A stretch of DNA of 64,000 bases from a virus: IMG/VR virus record IMGVR_UViG_3300006077_000002, positions 1 to 64,000 of that record; one strand, 5' to 3'. This document shows positions 36,389 to 48,200 of this stretch, in pieces. Positions within the stretch are counted from its first letter, which is position 1; every line of letters starts with the position of its first letter. The notes beneath the pieces are model-generated. The model saw nothing but the letters and a program-made list of their open reading frames with translations. It was not told the DNA's origin and did no database searches. Both the position numbers and the translations under genes were made by a program.

Positions 36389-39358
36389 TTAAAGTGTTGC
36401 TTTGTATCTATAGAATGTTCCGCCTAAGCTCACAAACATATATGTCCCATCTTCGCTAAAAGATAGAGAGTATAATGGGGAAGTTCCATATTCAGAGTGC
36501 CAACTATTTCCAGAGTAAGACATTCCATTAGTTACATCAAATGGATTCGTAAGTGAGTATTCATATACTCTATCATCATCATATCCACCGATAAAAAGTT
36601 TAGTTCCATCAAGATTAAATGCCATGTTCTCCATCCATAAATCTTGAGGTCCTACGTTGTAGCTACCTTCAGCAACCTTTCCTAACAACGTCCAAGGAGT
36701 TGGTAGGTGGAATTGATGAATAAGAGCACTTGAAGAAAGTAGTTCTAGTACATACACCTTAGTACCATCTCTATTAAAGATAAGTCCTCCAGGCATGAAA
36801 CCAGTACTGACCCAGAAGTCTTCTTGGTAGAATGCATCAGCTCCCGCAAAAGACCAAGCATCTGTAAGCTCAATAGTTAGTACTCTATCAGGGTCAGCAT
36901 TAAGTCCTGTATTAGTTCCTACAAAACATTTCTTTCCATCAGCTGACATAAAGATTCCTCTAGGTCCCTGAGAGTAACTTACAATGGAAATAGAATTTCC
37001 TGAGTACGTCATCGTGGTCAAGTCCCAAGGAGTAGTTAAGTTATACTGTCTGACATAATCACCATCAGCGTCAACCAAAAACATACGGAGTCCATCAGGT
37101 CTCCATACATGTTGCAGTGGTTGGACAGCAGGTGATAAAGACCCTGTCTGTTGAGAAGGACCAGTTGCAGATAGTTCCCACCCAATAACAGGAGGAGCAT
37201 AATTAGTTGCATACTCTAATAATATGGTATCTGCAGTTGCTGCAGTATATCTAAATACATCAATAGCTCCACCTCCAGAAGTAAGTGTTGGCTGCCCTCC
37301 TTGAAGTTTAAAATCATTATCAAATGTAACTGGATTATCTGCGTATGTTTGTCTAAGAGTAATTGTTCCAGTATCTCCAAGGGTCATTCCACTGGTTGTA
37401 ATGGTTGTACTTTGGTCTATTGAAAAATCAAAGTAATTACCAAGAGAGCCATCAACTACTAGAGTTGGTGAACCACCATCCGTAACTACTCCACCTCCTG
37501 AAGAGCCTCCACCATCAAGTACCCAAGCACCATTAGTGTTGGTATAATATGTAGCAGTCTTTGCAACTCCTGGAGTTAATGTAAGAACTGCAGAAGAGCT
37601 AATAGAAGTCATTGTTGCTCCCACTGCATTTAGAAAAGTTACTGCAGCTGGGTCCATATCAGAGGTAATACTAACATTAAGTACTGGAGTTGCATTCTCA
37701 TCAGTAATTTCATCTACCTCTACCGTACTACCTGGAGTAAGTGTAAGAGATACACCATTAACTTCAATAGTAGCATCAATAAATTTATCAGTATTTAAGT
37801 CAGAGATTATAAATCCAAGACCAGACATAGGTCTTCCATCAGGTTCTCCAGCAACATCATACCCAATAAATACTAAATTAAAACTAGATTCATTTGGACT
37901 AGGAGAAATTGTTCCAGATACAGGGGCAGCAGAAAAAGTAAGAGTACCATCACTTACATAGAAAGATGCAGGTTCTCCTACTATCTGAGCGTACCCTGAA
38001 GTGGTAACTGTTTCCTCTGGTGTGGATACTCCAGAAGTTATAAGTGCAAACTTATCTCCTGCAGTTGTTCCAGTAACAGGAATTAGTGTATCACCAGAAT
38101 GTGTGACAACTTGTCTAGTCCAAGCTCCATCATACTTTGCGTATCTATCTGCAATTTTACCTACAGTACCACCAACATTAGTGACCTGCCCGTCAAAGCC
38201 ATCTAGGTCATCAGGAGCTGTAGCACTCCAAACAACTGCATTACCTGAAGTTCCAAAAGTATCTTCAGCATACTTCTTTGTAATTAAGGCATTGTCCTCA
38301 GTGAACGTAGGATTAGGAGCAATAATCTCTCCAGATTGTCTAACCTCAATACCATTTTTATCTGCTAATGTATTACCTATACCAAGTACAAAAGCTGTAC
38401 TGGCAGGGGGAGTGACATTAAAATTTCCCAATACTGTTTGTGTGTGGTCATTATCTATAGATGCTGTAAGATGCTCACCCACCAATAAGGTGTTACCAGT
38501 GCTTGCAGTATTATAATTACCAACAATAATAGAAGAAAAGTTTCCAGTGGTAGTTGTATTATTACTACCAAATACTGTAGCCAAACCTAAAGGTGTACTA
38601 TTTGTGCTTCCAACTACTGTGGAATGTATACCAACATCATTACCACTTCCAACAGCTATTGATGCTGAATTAGTAGTATTATTAACTCCATACATTATTG
38701 CAGAAATATTAGCACTACCTATATATTCATTTGAAGAACCTATGGAAACACCAGAACCATTGGACATATCATTACTGTAACCAATAGCAACTACAGAAGT
38801 ACCGTTAGAGTTTCCTGCAGTATTGCTTGAACCAATAGTAATAGCTTTTGAATTATTTGCTGTGTTGGCAGAGCCTACTGCAATAGTATCAGGAGCTAAG
38901 GCTGAACTACTATATCCCATAGCAATTGAATAATCACCAGCTGCAGTAGTATTTTGCCCACTAGAAAACGAATAGTCTCCTGTTGACCCTTGAGTTCCTG
39001 CAGAAGATTGTACTGATAAGTCAACTGCACCGTTACCTATATCACCATGATTAGCTGCTAATTCTTGAACTAGCCTCCAACCGTAGCCTACACTATCATC
39101 AGAAATATAGTCTAATCCAGAACCTGTGCTTGATGTAGGAAGGGAAACCCATGCTGCATCTTTCCTTACATACTCAGTACCATCGCTTGGTGCTTCACCA
39201 ATACCTGCTGCTGGCATAGGAATCCATGTACCATTCTGTCTTACATATGGAGTATTGTCACTGATACTATCTTTTATAAATCCAGCATTAGTGACTACAG
39301 TTTCAATTGTCGGTGCATCCTCCCCTAGGAGGACATCTGTTAAGTTAATAGTTGCCAT
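36389..39358 (-). CDS. Tail fibre / adhesin (989 aa) with YadA-like repeats and C-terminal beta-propeller
   Basis: A.G..S.A.G and IG..N repeats; two foldon-like motifs; DGTK.F...Y.L.TPWD repeats. Confidence 0.8.
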   Translation of the reverse strand: MATINLTDVLLGEDAPTIETVVTNAGFIKDSISDNTPYVRQNGTWIPMPAAGIGEAPSDGTEYVRKDAAWVSLPTSSTGSGLDYISDDSVGYGWRLVQELAANHGDIGNGAVDLSVQSSAGTQGSTGDYSFSSGQNTTAAGDYSIAMGYSSSALAPDTIAVGSANTANNSKAITIGSSNTAGNSNGTSVVAIGYSNDMSNGSGVSIGSSNEYIGSANISAIMYGVNNTTNSASIAVGSGNDVGIHSTVVGSTNSTPLGLATVFGSNNTTTTGNFSSIIVGNYNTASTGNTLLVGEHLTASIDNDHTQTVLGNFNVTPPASTAFVLGIGNTLADKNGIEVRQSGEIIAPNPTFTEDNALITKKYAEDTFGTSGNAVVWSATAPDDLDGFDGQVTNVGGTVGKIADRYAKYDGAWTRQVVTHSGDTLIPVTGTTAGDKFALITSGVSTPEETVTTSGYAQIVGEPASFYVSDGTLTFSAAPVSGTISPSPNESSFNLVFIGYDVAGEPDGRPMSGLGFIISDLNTDKFIDATIEVNGVSLTLTPGSTVEVDEITDENATPVLNVSITSDMDPAAVTFLNAVGATMTSISSSAVLTLTPGVAKTATYYTNTNGAWVLDGGGSSGGGVVTDGGSPTLVVDGSLGNYFDFSIDQSTTITTSGMTLGDTGTITLRQTYADNPVTFDNDFKLQGGQPTLTSGGGAIDVFRYTAATADTILLEYATNYAPPVIGWELSATGPSQQTGSLSPAVQPLQHVWRPDGLRMFLVDADGDYVRQYNLTTPWDLTTMTYSGNSISIVSYSQGPRGIFMSADGKKCFVGTNTGLNADPDRVLTIELTDAWSFAGADAFYQEDFWVSTGFMPGGLIFNRDGTKVYVLELLSSSALIHQFHLPTPWTLLGKVAEGSYNVGPQDLWMENMAFNLDGTKLFIGGYDDDRVYEYSLTNPFDVTNGMSYSGNSWHSEYGTSPLYSLSFSEDGTYMFVSLGGTFYRYKATL

Positions 39359-39382
39359 AAGGCTCCTTTTTAAATAATCCCA

Positions 39383-40522
39383 TTAGGGGCTTGGAGTTAC
39401 CACAATGTTCCCATTGTTTGTAACAATTCTTGTAAACGCATCATTTACAACATATAGTAGCTGAGGTGCTAAAGTATTACTACGAGCTTTTCTCATCTCA
39501 AAGGTAGCAGTAACTACGTACCTACCAAAACCAGCAGCTTTGGCAGAGTATCTTCCTATAAACTTAAATAAGTAGGTGTTGTAGTCAATGATAAACCAGT
39601 CAGCTTTAAATAGTGACATACCATTATTACATATATCCTCATAAAAATATCTAAACTTCATCATATCATCTCTATCCGCCATAAGAAATGTCAGAGTGAC
39701 AATAGGATTAGCCCCAAATCTTTCAACTTGGTACGGAGCTATTAGCCCAGCTTCCTTAGTTGCTGCGTCAGAAGATTTAAAAGACGCAGAAGAGTAATTA
39801 GGTGCTCCTAATTCTTCAGGATATTTTTTAGGAAGTACTTCTGCAGAACTCATATTAAAAAGAATATCTACTTCTTCTGAAGTTATAGCCCTATTAAAGA
39901 TTCTAAGTGTTTGTACTTGAGCTCCACTACCACTAAAGGCATTTCGTATCTCAAATATAGGAGTAATTCCAGAGTTAGGTGAAGGATTCCAATCTCCTAA
40001 CTGCCGATAGGTAGCGTCACTTCCTATATAGGCCCTATAGAATCCATCATCGGTATATGATACTGCTATTGCATAGTCACCTGCAGGATTACCAGTAGAC
40101 GAGAAGCTTTGGAAAGTTCCATCTCCCCAACAACTTATGTCTATAGTCCCTACAGTATTATTAGTTACTCTAATACCATGACTTGCTTGTGAGTTAAACA
40201 ATGTAGCTGCTGCAGAATTTGTTAGACTTACTACCATAAAATAAGAAACAGCAACACTATTAGGGGTAGTAGGATATCCTAAGAATCCAGGAGTTGAAAC
40301 ATCTACAACAACCTTTTGTGAATCAGCTATTGAGTTATATCTTAAATCTATTGAATCTCCGTATGCTCCAGGAGCATACTTAATATCTTCTTCTGGAATA
40401 GGTACACCATACCCATCAGTTACTCCACCCATGCCAGAGAAAATATCTTTACCATTCTCAAACATAGGAATATAGAATATCTGAGAGGCATCATTAAATG
40501 GGTTATTTGTATCTCTAAGCAT
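39383..40522 (-). CDS. Distal-tail-like protein with N-terminal LamG-like domain
   Basis: LRIFNRAIT.EEV LamG-like end; C-terminal half resembles 40515-40883. Confidence 0.55.
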   Translation of the reverse strand: MLRDTNNPFNDASQIFYIPMFENGKDIFSGMGGVTDGYGVPIPEEDIKYAPGAYGDSIDLRYNSIADSQKVVVDVSTPGFLGYPTTPNSVAVSYFMVVSLTNSAAATLFNSQASHGIRVTNNTVGTIDISCWGDGTFQSFSSTGNPAGDYAIAVSYTDDGFYRAYIGSDATYRQLGDWNPSPNSGITPIFEIRNAFSGSGAQVQTLRIFNRAITSEEVDILFNMSSAEVLPKKYPEELGAPNYSSASFKSSDAATKEAGLIAPYQVERFGANPIVTLTFLMADRDDMMKFRYFYEDICNNGMSLFKADWFIIDYNTYLFKFIGRYSAKAAGFGRYVVTATFEMRKARSNTLAPQLLYVVNDAFTRIVTNNGNIVVTPSP

Positions 40523-40883
40523 TTGGTGTCCTACTAATAATTTCTACATCTATGTTTACTTTATATAGTGACCCAGGAAGTGGAACTCCAGAGTACCCAC
40601 TAGTAAATCTATAGGCTCCATAGATTAGCTCACCATCAAACTCCCATGAAGCATTAAATGATAATGAACCTTTAAGAAGATTTACTTCATAGAAGTTTCT
40701 AAAAATTTCATAAGAACTAACTGATTCAAACAAAAAAGAGGCAGCATACCTAGGGGTTCCTTCAAACCCTCTACGTATTCTATTTCCTTGGTCAAACTGT
40801 ATGTAAATATTTGTGTTAGGTCTAGTCATAGCCCCAGTATCTAATGAGGGGCTTGGGAGTGTTAGTGGATAATCGATAGCCAT
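40515..40883 (-). CDS. Minor / distal tail protein
   Basis: YP..LP.P...F..FY...L.KGS..F. Confidence 0.65.
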   Translation of the reverse strand: MAIDYPLTLPSPSLDTGAMTRPNTNIYIQFDQGNRIRRGFEGTPRYAASFLFESVSSYEIFRNFYEVNLLKGSLSFNASWEFDGELIYGAYRFTSGYSGVPLPGSLYKVNIDVEIISRTPNA

Positions 40884-40893
40884 AGTTCCTCCT

Positions 40894-43800
40894 TTAGGTA
40901 ATGGTTACACTATAGTTAGGTGAATACTCAGATGATGCTGATACTGCTTCATACTTTCTTCTAAGCACTAGCTTGAAGTTCCAAGTACCTGTAATACTAA
41001 ATGGATGAGTATATGGTGAAGGAATATCTTGTGCTTCTGCTGAAATTTCATTTTCAAAATACAAGTCTACAGCGTAGTCATTACTTGCAGTTCTTGCATA
41101 TGTGGCTGTAACACTGCCTGTACCACCAACTATATTAGTTGACGTGAAGGTAGATGGAACATCCATAACTGGCTCAATTAGTGTATCACTATAAATATCA
41201 CCATATAGGTTACTAGCTAATAGTTTGAACTCATGTAAGTCTCCTGGAGACAGTCCAGTTACAACATGTCCTGATGTAATAGCTCCTTGAGACACTCCAT
41301 CAACTATAAGCACTACTTGTTGAGCACCAGCAGCACTTAATGAATATGTAACAGTAGCTTCTCCTACGCTCTCTGACACAGCAAAAAAGTCCAAGAACTT
41401 AACAGGATTAGTGTATAAATCTGTGTCATAATTACCTGCAGTAATAGAGTAAACTCCTTGCCCATCCGAGGTAACTTCAAGCACTTTATAGTCTTTAACT
41501 ACGTGGTCTGTAATACCAAGAGATAGGTAAGCACCTTGCTCACTACCTTCAGCTACCGCTAAATAGTTTGGAAGCCCTGTGGTATCATCAAACTGTATTT
41601 GGTTATCAGATATCTTTGTCATATTATACTCTGGTGATGCAATTCCTGTAGGTGACCTAAATATAGCCACTAAAGAAGTTTGTCCAGCAAGTCCTCTTGA
41701 GTCACTTAAGTAATAATCATCTAATGTAATAGTTCTGTTAATAACATCATAGTGTATAACTTGAGCACTATCTCCCCAGTTAGCAAACCTATGAGTAACA
41801 CCAATTCTATCCTTAATATCAGGAATCATTGCTTGTATATCAGAGGAGAACTTAACAGTTTTCGTAGAAAGTTGCTGGTTATTATATGTAAACTTCGCTG
41901 ACTTTAAAGCAACAGCCTCATCAGTACAGCCAACCAACTCTCTAGTTTGTGGATTAACCGCATCTATTGGATGACGCACAGTAGCTTCTTTAAACGTATA
42001 AGGGTCTCTATACTTTACTAGCTGACCATCATATGTTGTATTTCTATTAAACAAGTATGAGATAGTTAGACTATCTTTAACAATATTTGTCTCGTTAAAC
42101 AATGAGCTTCGTATATCTTGAATCTCTTCTATTCGACCTCTAACAGTTGGACCATCAAGAAAGATAGTCATTTGTGCTGGAGTTGCAAGGAGCTTTAAAG
42201 CATCCATAACAACCATAGGTCTATCTATAACTCCATTGAACTCTGCCTCATGATAGTTAGGTCTTAAGGCTTCTGTGAGCATTTCATATTTATAATAGTT
42301 ATTAAGTAGCCCTGTGTATGGAGTTCCAAAAAAGTACCCAGCATATGGTGAGTCTATAGCAATACATGGATACCCAACATTTGGGATTAATGGTTCGGTA
42401 GAATCAACTACCAGAAATCCATTATAATAAACTCTCCATTTAAGAACTGAGTCTACTTCCTTAGTATAAAAACTTCCAAGTGTAAAATGAGTACTTGGAT
42501 ATAGTACAGTATCCTTAGTACTTTGTATAATTAAGTCTGAGGCAGGTAGTCCTGCTCCGTAATCTGACCTTGTATAAATATCTCTGATACAGTCAGAAAC
42601 ATACTTATCAGGAGCTTCTGCCCAACAGTTAATTGTTTGATTATTCAAAGCAGAAGTCTCAGCACTTGAAGTTGTCTTAGTCCAAAGCACAGTTATATCA
42701 CCGTAGTCTTCCGTATCAATACGCTTATCTACAATAGCCTTTACTTTCTCAATAACTAAATCATCTTTAACATAGTTAGATTGTGAATCTGGAGAACGTG
42801 TTATTTTCAAAGTTGCAACTAGACCCTCAGTTGGTGCACCATACTGTGGTGGTATACGGTATCTAAAGGTTTTACGAATTGCTTGTTTACTAGTTCCTGT
42901 AATGCTTTCAGTAAAAAATTGATTAGATACAGTACCATTAGGCTCAGTCTTTCTAAGTATAAAATTGATATCTACAGTGTATGGTGTGAGATTTCCTGTA
43001 GTCTGATTTGCCTCATACAATCCTCTAGGAAATACAACATCTACTTCAAAATATGTTGAAGCTTCTTGTGTAGCATTAATTATTTCAAAAGGTCCATAAG
43101 CTGTTGTTAGGTCAATAGTAAATCCAGTCTCTTCAAGATACCCATAGGATTCAGTATTAACACCTTCAGATACAATACTTTGGTTTAACCAATTCTCTCC
43201 ACCTTGTTGGTACGGAGGATTTGAACAAGATTTAGTTGATGCAGTATTACGTATTACTCTTAAGTTATAGAAGATACCTGCAGAGATATGAAAGGTTATT
43301 CTAGCTTGTCCAGAAGGATTAATACGTTTGTTCCATGCCCAGAAAGTTTCATTATACTCACAGTACTGTATTCCAGTGACTACATGATTTCCAGAAACAC
43401 TAACTGACATCTTACCATTACTATTATCAGTAGTATTATTAGGTTCTAAGTTAAAGCTAGTTGTAATAGTAATAGTATGTGCTAGGTTATCGACAGCTGC
43501 TACAGTATATGCTCCATTATTACGAATAGAATCTCTAACATTAAATACTGACCCAATTAGAACAAAGGATAAATCAATAAATGACCCATCATCTTCTGCT
43601 GAAAAGGTAAGTGTATTCCCAGAGAATGTACCACTTCTTTTAGCAACTACAGGAGATTGTCTTACTTCTAGATTGTGGATAGTAGGACAGTCATAGACTC
43701 TCATATTATAATCTGGGTCTATCGTATCATTAATTTCTTGCTGAATGTCATCAAATGAATCTTGATACAATATCTTACTTATCATAGGAGGGCTAACAAG

Positions 43801-44388
43801 GTTATTCATGTTAGTATCTCCAAGGAGGGTATCTGTTACAGTAACACTTCCAGCAGCTACACACATCAAGTTATATACAACTTTATTATTATCAACATAC
43901 TTTGTATATGATTTTTCAATAATAGTTGGATATATTCTAGCTCTACCATATAGAACTGGGATAGGATTTCCAAGTTTAGGTGAGTTTGATTTTATATTTA
44001 GATTGTATGCAACTGACCCAGATTCTGAATTCTTATTTTGGTAGTTAACCTCGTACTCTGTTGGAGGTACCTCGGCAAACTCTTCTATAATATAATCAAT
44101 TACCCAGTTAATAATCCACCCAACTACATAAGCAACTATTGCACCAGCAAGAGCTTCTACTCCTGGATGGTGGATAATAGTGTATGTAATATCTTTATCT
44201 GAAGAAAACGCAATATCATAGTCATCTAACTCTACTATATTACTGCCTTCAAATATGGTAGTTGGTTGTCCTTCAAATCCTTTAGGAAACTCTTCTTGTA
44301 AAAATTCTATAAGAGTACTTTGTGGTGCATCTAGAAAAGTGTAATCACTTGGATGCATAACATTTTTTACAACTTTAATCTTTCGCAT
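40894..44388 (-). CDS. Central tail tip / host-specificity protein (lambda J-like)
   Basis: LGNPIPVLYGR..IYP, FPRGLY, LFNETNI...S; Fn3-like C-terminus. Confidence 0.85.
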   Translation of the reverse strand: MRKIKVVKNVMHPSDYTFLDAPQSTLIEFLQEEFPKGFEGQPTTIFEGSNIVELDDYDIAFSSDKDITYTIIHHPGVEALAGAIVAYVVGWIINWVIDYIIEEFAEVPPTEYEVNYQNKNSESGSVAYNLNIKSNSPKLGNPIPVLYGRARIYPTIIEKSYTKYVDNNKVVYNLMCVAAGSVTVTDTLLGDTNMNNLVSPPMISKILYQDSFDDIQQEINDTIDPDYNMRVYDCPTIHNLEVRQSPVVAKRSGTFSGNTLTFSAEDDGSFIDLSFVLIGSVFNVRDSIRNNGAYTVAAVDNLAHTITITTSFNLEPNNTTDNSNGKMSVSVSGNHVVTGIQYCEYNETFWAWNKRINPSGQARITFHISAGIFYNLRVIRNTASTKSCSNPPYQQGGENWLNQSIVSEGVNTESYGYLEETGFTIDLTTAYGPFEIINATQEASTYFEVDVVFPRGLYEANQTTGNLTPYTVDINFILRKTEPNGTVSNQFFTESITGTSKQAIRKTFRYRIPPQYGAPTEGLVATLKITRSPDSQSNYVKDDLVIEKVKAIVDKRIDTEDYGDITVLWTKTTSSAETSALNNQTINCWAEAPDKYVSDCIRDIYTRSDYGAGLPASDLIIQSTKDTVLYPSTHFTLGSFYTKEVDSVLKWRVYYNGFLVVDSTEPLIPNVGYPCIAIDSPYAGYFFGTPYTGLLNNYYKYEMLTEALRPNYHEAEFNGVIDRPMVVMDALKLLATPAQMTIFLDGPTVRGRIEEIQDIRSSLFNETNIVKDSLTISYLFNRNTTYDGQLVKYRDPYTFKEATVRHPIDAVNPQTRELVGCTDEAVALKSAKFTYNNQQLSTKTVKFSSDIQAMIPDIKDRIGVTHRFANWGDSAQVIHYDVINRTITLDDYYLSDSRGLAGQTSLVAIFRSPTGIASPEYNMTKISDNQIQFDDTTGLPNYLAVAEGSEQGAYLSLGITDHVVKDYKVLEVTSDGQGVYSITAGNYDTDLYTNPVKFLDFFAVSESVGEATVTYSLSAAGAQQVVLIVDGVSQGAITSGHVVTGLSPGDLHEFKLLASNLYGDIYSDTLIEPVMDVPSTFTSTNIVGGTGSVTATYARTASNDYAVDLYFENEISAEAQDIPSPYTHPFSITGTWNFKLVLRRKYEAVSASSEYSPNYSVTIT

Positions 44389-44734
44389 GGTAGTACCTTA
44401 CTGCAGGATATTTTGCTAGTATCTTGTCTAGTGGGGTATACATTACAGAAGGGATTGTGGCATGTATCATACCTCCCTGATAGTATACTCCAGCATGGTA
44501 AAAAAATCCCTCATCTCTACCTAGCATTATAATATCTCCATCAGTAGGAGTATCTACAATTTCAAAATCTTTCCAATACCTTTCATCACTAAAGTACTTA
44601 ACACTTGCTGTCAGTGATGCAGGAATTTCTAACCTATACGCTTTAGGTGCTAGTTCTGTAACTAGATGCCAGCAATGAAAGTGTCTATCATCATATGGTT
44701 TACCTATTAATTCTCCAGCCTTTTTAACATCCAT
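44375..44734 (-). CDS. NlpC/P60 tail-tip protein (lambda K-like)
   Basis: IGKPY....HCW.LV, HAGVY..G.MIHA. Confidence 0.85.
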   Translation of the reverse strand: MDVKKAGELIGKPYDDRHFHCWHLVTELAPKAYRLEIPASLTASVKYFSDERYWKDFEIVDTPTDGDIIMLGRDEGFFYHAGVYYQGGMIHATIPSVMYTPLDKILAKYPAVRYYHAKD

Positions 44735-45222
44735 TATGCTACTCCTTTAAATATCCAAGCATCATAATTTCTTGCTGGAACTTTTATACCAAACAGGTCT
44801 GTACGTACAGCTGTTGTGGTTATTGTTGTTGAGGTAGCAGAGACATTTGCTAATTCAAGCGTTAAAATATCAGACTGAGGTCTGGGATTACCTTCTAAAT
44901 ATGAAGCGTATTTCAGAATAATTGGTGTATTAATATCTTCTACCGCTCTCTCTAATTCTGTAATTGCTCTACCGCCAACATCACCTATTACCAATTGTAA
45001 ATCTTGCTGGTTACTTCCTTTTGTAGGCGTAGTAACTGTAAAAGATGCAGGAAGAAACGACTGAGTAGTTCCATCAGAGCTTTCTAAAAGTAGCACTTCT
45101 GGGTTAGCTACTAAGTAGATAGTTCCAGTGAATAAGTAATGATGTAGTTCTATCACCTCTATAGCTCTAACAGCTATAGGGTTATTAACGTAGATGGACT
45201 TTAGCTCTTCTGAAAGGCTCAT
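44734..45222 (-). CDS. DUF1833-like minor tail protein
   Basis: IELHH..F...IYLV, F.P..F..T.P; located after the tape measure gene. Confidence 0.75.
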   Translation of the reverse strand: MSLSEELKSIYVNNPIAVRAIEVIELHHYLFTGTIYLVANPEVLLLESSDGTTQSFLPASFTVTTPTKGSNQQDLQLVIGDVGGRAITELERAVEDINTPIILKYASYLEGNPRPQSDILTLELANVSATSTTITTTAVRTDLFGIKVPARNYDAWIFKGVA

Positions 45223-48200
45223 CTTGACACTCCAAATGTTGATTGAATAGATGTACCGACAGGGCCAGTACCTCTAGCTATTCCAGAAGCAATTGAATTA
45301 GTAACAGTATCTATAATAAATTGGATATTACCCTCATCATCAGTTGCTGTAGTAACTTCTGCAGATGAATTATTTATAACTGAAACATTAACTACTGGAC
45401 TTTGAGCTTTGACTCCTAAGTCTCCGCCACTTGTTCTTGTTAGTGGGACAATGGCTTCAGGCCCTGCCTCACCCATCATACCTGTACCTGAAGACATTGG
45501 GAATAGCGTAGGGGAGCTTACAACTCCACCTTTAGCATACGCTGTAAGTTGGCTACCACCAGAAAAGGCATTACCCTTCTCATTAAATAGGCTTACAACA
45601 AAATCTCCAACAGCACTTCCAATACTGCCAGAAGCACCATCTCCCATACTTTTCTTTATAGCTTCAACAATCGGTCCCATAACTAGTAACTCTATAATAA
45701 TTCTATTTAGTGCAGTTCTGAAACCTTTAGCAGCATCTGCCCAACTATCAATACCCTCCAACGAATCAGCTAATGCTGAAGACATTGAGGAATTGAATGC
45801 ATCAAGAGCTCCTACCATTAATTTAGTATTTATTGATACTTGCTTAGCTTGTCTATCATAAAGTACATTTTGTTTTGCTATAAGTGCAATCTTCTGTTCT
45901 TCTGTTAGCTTAAATTTATCAGCCTCTATAGATAACGCCTCGTTAGCCGCCAACCTATTGGCCTCAATAACTTGTAGCTCTTTGGCAGAGCCTGTCATAA
46001 GAGTCATTGCATCTAATTGCTTTTGTAAAGATGCATCACGTTTATTATAATTACTATTTTGAGCAAGTGCTACCTGCTCTGTAACTTTAATTACATTAAG
46101 ACGTGCTTCTTCTTCTTTAGTCTTATCCTTAAGAGCTTGTAACGTAGATTTCTCTGTCTCAGCAGTAGCTCTAGAAACATTATGAATAGCAATAGCTGTT
46201 TGATATTGTTGTTCTGCTACAGTAATCTTATCATTTTGGTCAATAAGTGCCTGAGCATCTATACCAATTTGTTTAACTTTCTCTTGACTTGTTGATGTTT
46301 CTAGTTTTAATATACGGTCTTTGGCTGATAACTCAACATTTGCTAATTCAGTAAGATACTTAGCTAAACCAATTTTTTCAATAATGATTTTGTTAGCAGA
46401 TTCAAGTGTTCTGGTAATCTTATTGTGTTCACCAAGTTCCTTCCCACTAAGAGCTGCACTCTCTTGTTTACGAGAAACTATCTCTTTCTGTATAAGTGCA
46501 GAGTTCTTCTGAAGTGTGATAGCCTCATTACCATCAGCAAGCCCTTGAAGAAATCCTCCACTATCGTTATTATTTTTAATAGCGTTATACTGTTGGTCAA
46601 TACCTCTAAGCTGCTCATTAATCTGAGCAAGAGGTTTAGTATCAACTGCGAAGTCAAATAGTGAATTATCTTTAAAGAACTCTTTAGTTGCTGCCACAAG
46701 ATTACGAACATCTTGTGTTGCAATCTTAAGATGTCCAATAGTATTTTTACCTACTATTGGTTTTTTACTGGCACCATCTTTAGCTTGATTTAGGTCTGTA
46801 ATAGAGCGATTAAGAAATTTAATCTTCTTAGTAGACTCAACGATAATAGCTTGTTCTTCCTTAAGCCTTTTATCATAGAAGCCTGTTTTTATTTCTTTAC
46901 CCTGGCTCTTCAGATATGCAATACGTTTTGCTTTCATCTTTTCAAAGTGAGCAATTTGTGATTTAGCATCTAGGATAAACTGTGTATGTCTAGCAACTGC
47001 AGCAATTGCTTGCTTCTCAGTTAACTTATCTTGTTCTGCAAGTACTTTAGATTGATTTCTATATACTCCAGATTCATCTTCTAAAGCCTTCCGTTTATCT
47101 TCATGTGCTTTTTTAAGTTTAATTAATGAAGTAAGTTGTACAGCAGAAGTAGCTACTAAAATCTGTTCATCAATAATAGCTATCTTATTGCTTTCTTCTC
47201 TAGCCTCTGCAAGTTTTTGATGGGCTTTCCACATTTTAGCATAAGCTGCTGGACCACCATCTATGAGGGCAGCCATACGTTCAAGACCTTCAAACAGGCC
47301 TCTGGAAGCACCTGCTGCAGTATCCATTTCTATAACTAAGTCTACTAGAGTTAGTTTGAATTTTTCCCATGTAGCAACATATCCTAGTAGGATTTTATCT
47401 GCTGCTTTAATTCCTTCATGTGTACCATCAGTAAGCGTTTTGATATTTTCAGAAATACCTTCAGACTGTTGTCTTAATAGTGCCAATGAGTTACGCTGTA
47501 GGATATTCATACTTGCAGTTATACGGTTAAACTCTTCACGAGTAAGCCCTGCAAGTTTCTTACTTAGCCCGATAAGAGCTGCATTGGAACGCTCTCCACC
47601 AGCAGCTAGTTCAGCCTGGAAGTTTCCTTGTACAACACCAAGCTCTGTGAAGAATTTGTTAACACCCTTTGAACCATCAAGGAATGTTTTCGTAAGTGAA
47701 CGAATCTGTGTACCAATTGTTGATGCGTTAACACCTGCTTTGGAAAACTGAGTTGCAACTGCAGATACAGCATCAACTGTAAGTCCTGCAGCATCTGCTG
47801 CGGCCAAAGCGTAGTTTGAGAATGTTTGAATATCTTGAGTTGATAGTCTTGATTCATTAGCCATGAACGCAAGTTTATCTCCTAAAGTTTCAACAGTCTC
47901 TCCGTACTTACCAAATACTTCAAGGTAAGATACGATAGCCCCACTAGATACTTCAAGAGTATCACCAGTAAGTTTTGCTAACTTAATAGTAATCTCAGTT
48001 GATTTAGCTAGTTTGTCTTGAGCAACACCAGCACGTCCAAGTAGGATTGCTGCCTGGTTAATACCTTCAAAAGTACCACCATATGCTTTACCAAGACCTA
48101 TTAGTTGGTCTTCAAGCTCTTTTGCAGCTGGGATAGATAGTCCATTAATTACTGCGGCCATTGTACGGCTTGCAGTATCAAACTCTACAATTGCTAGAGC

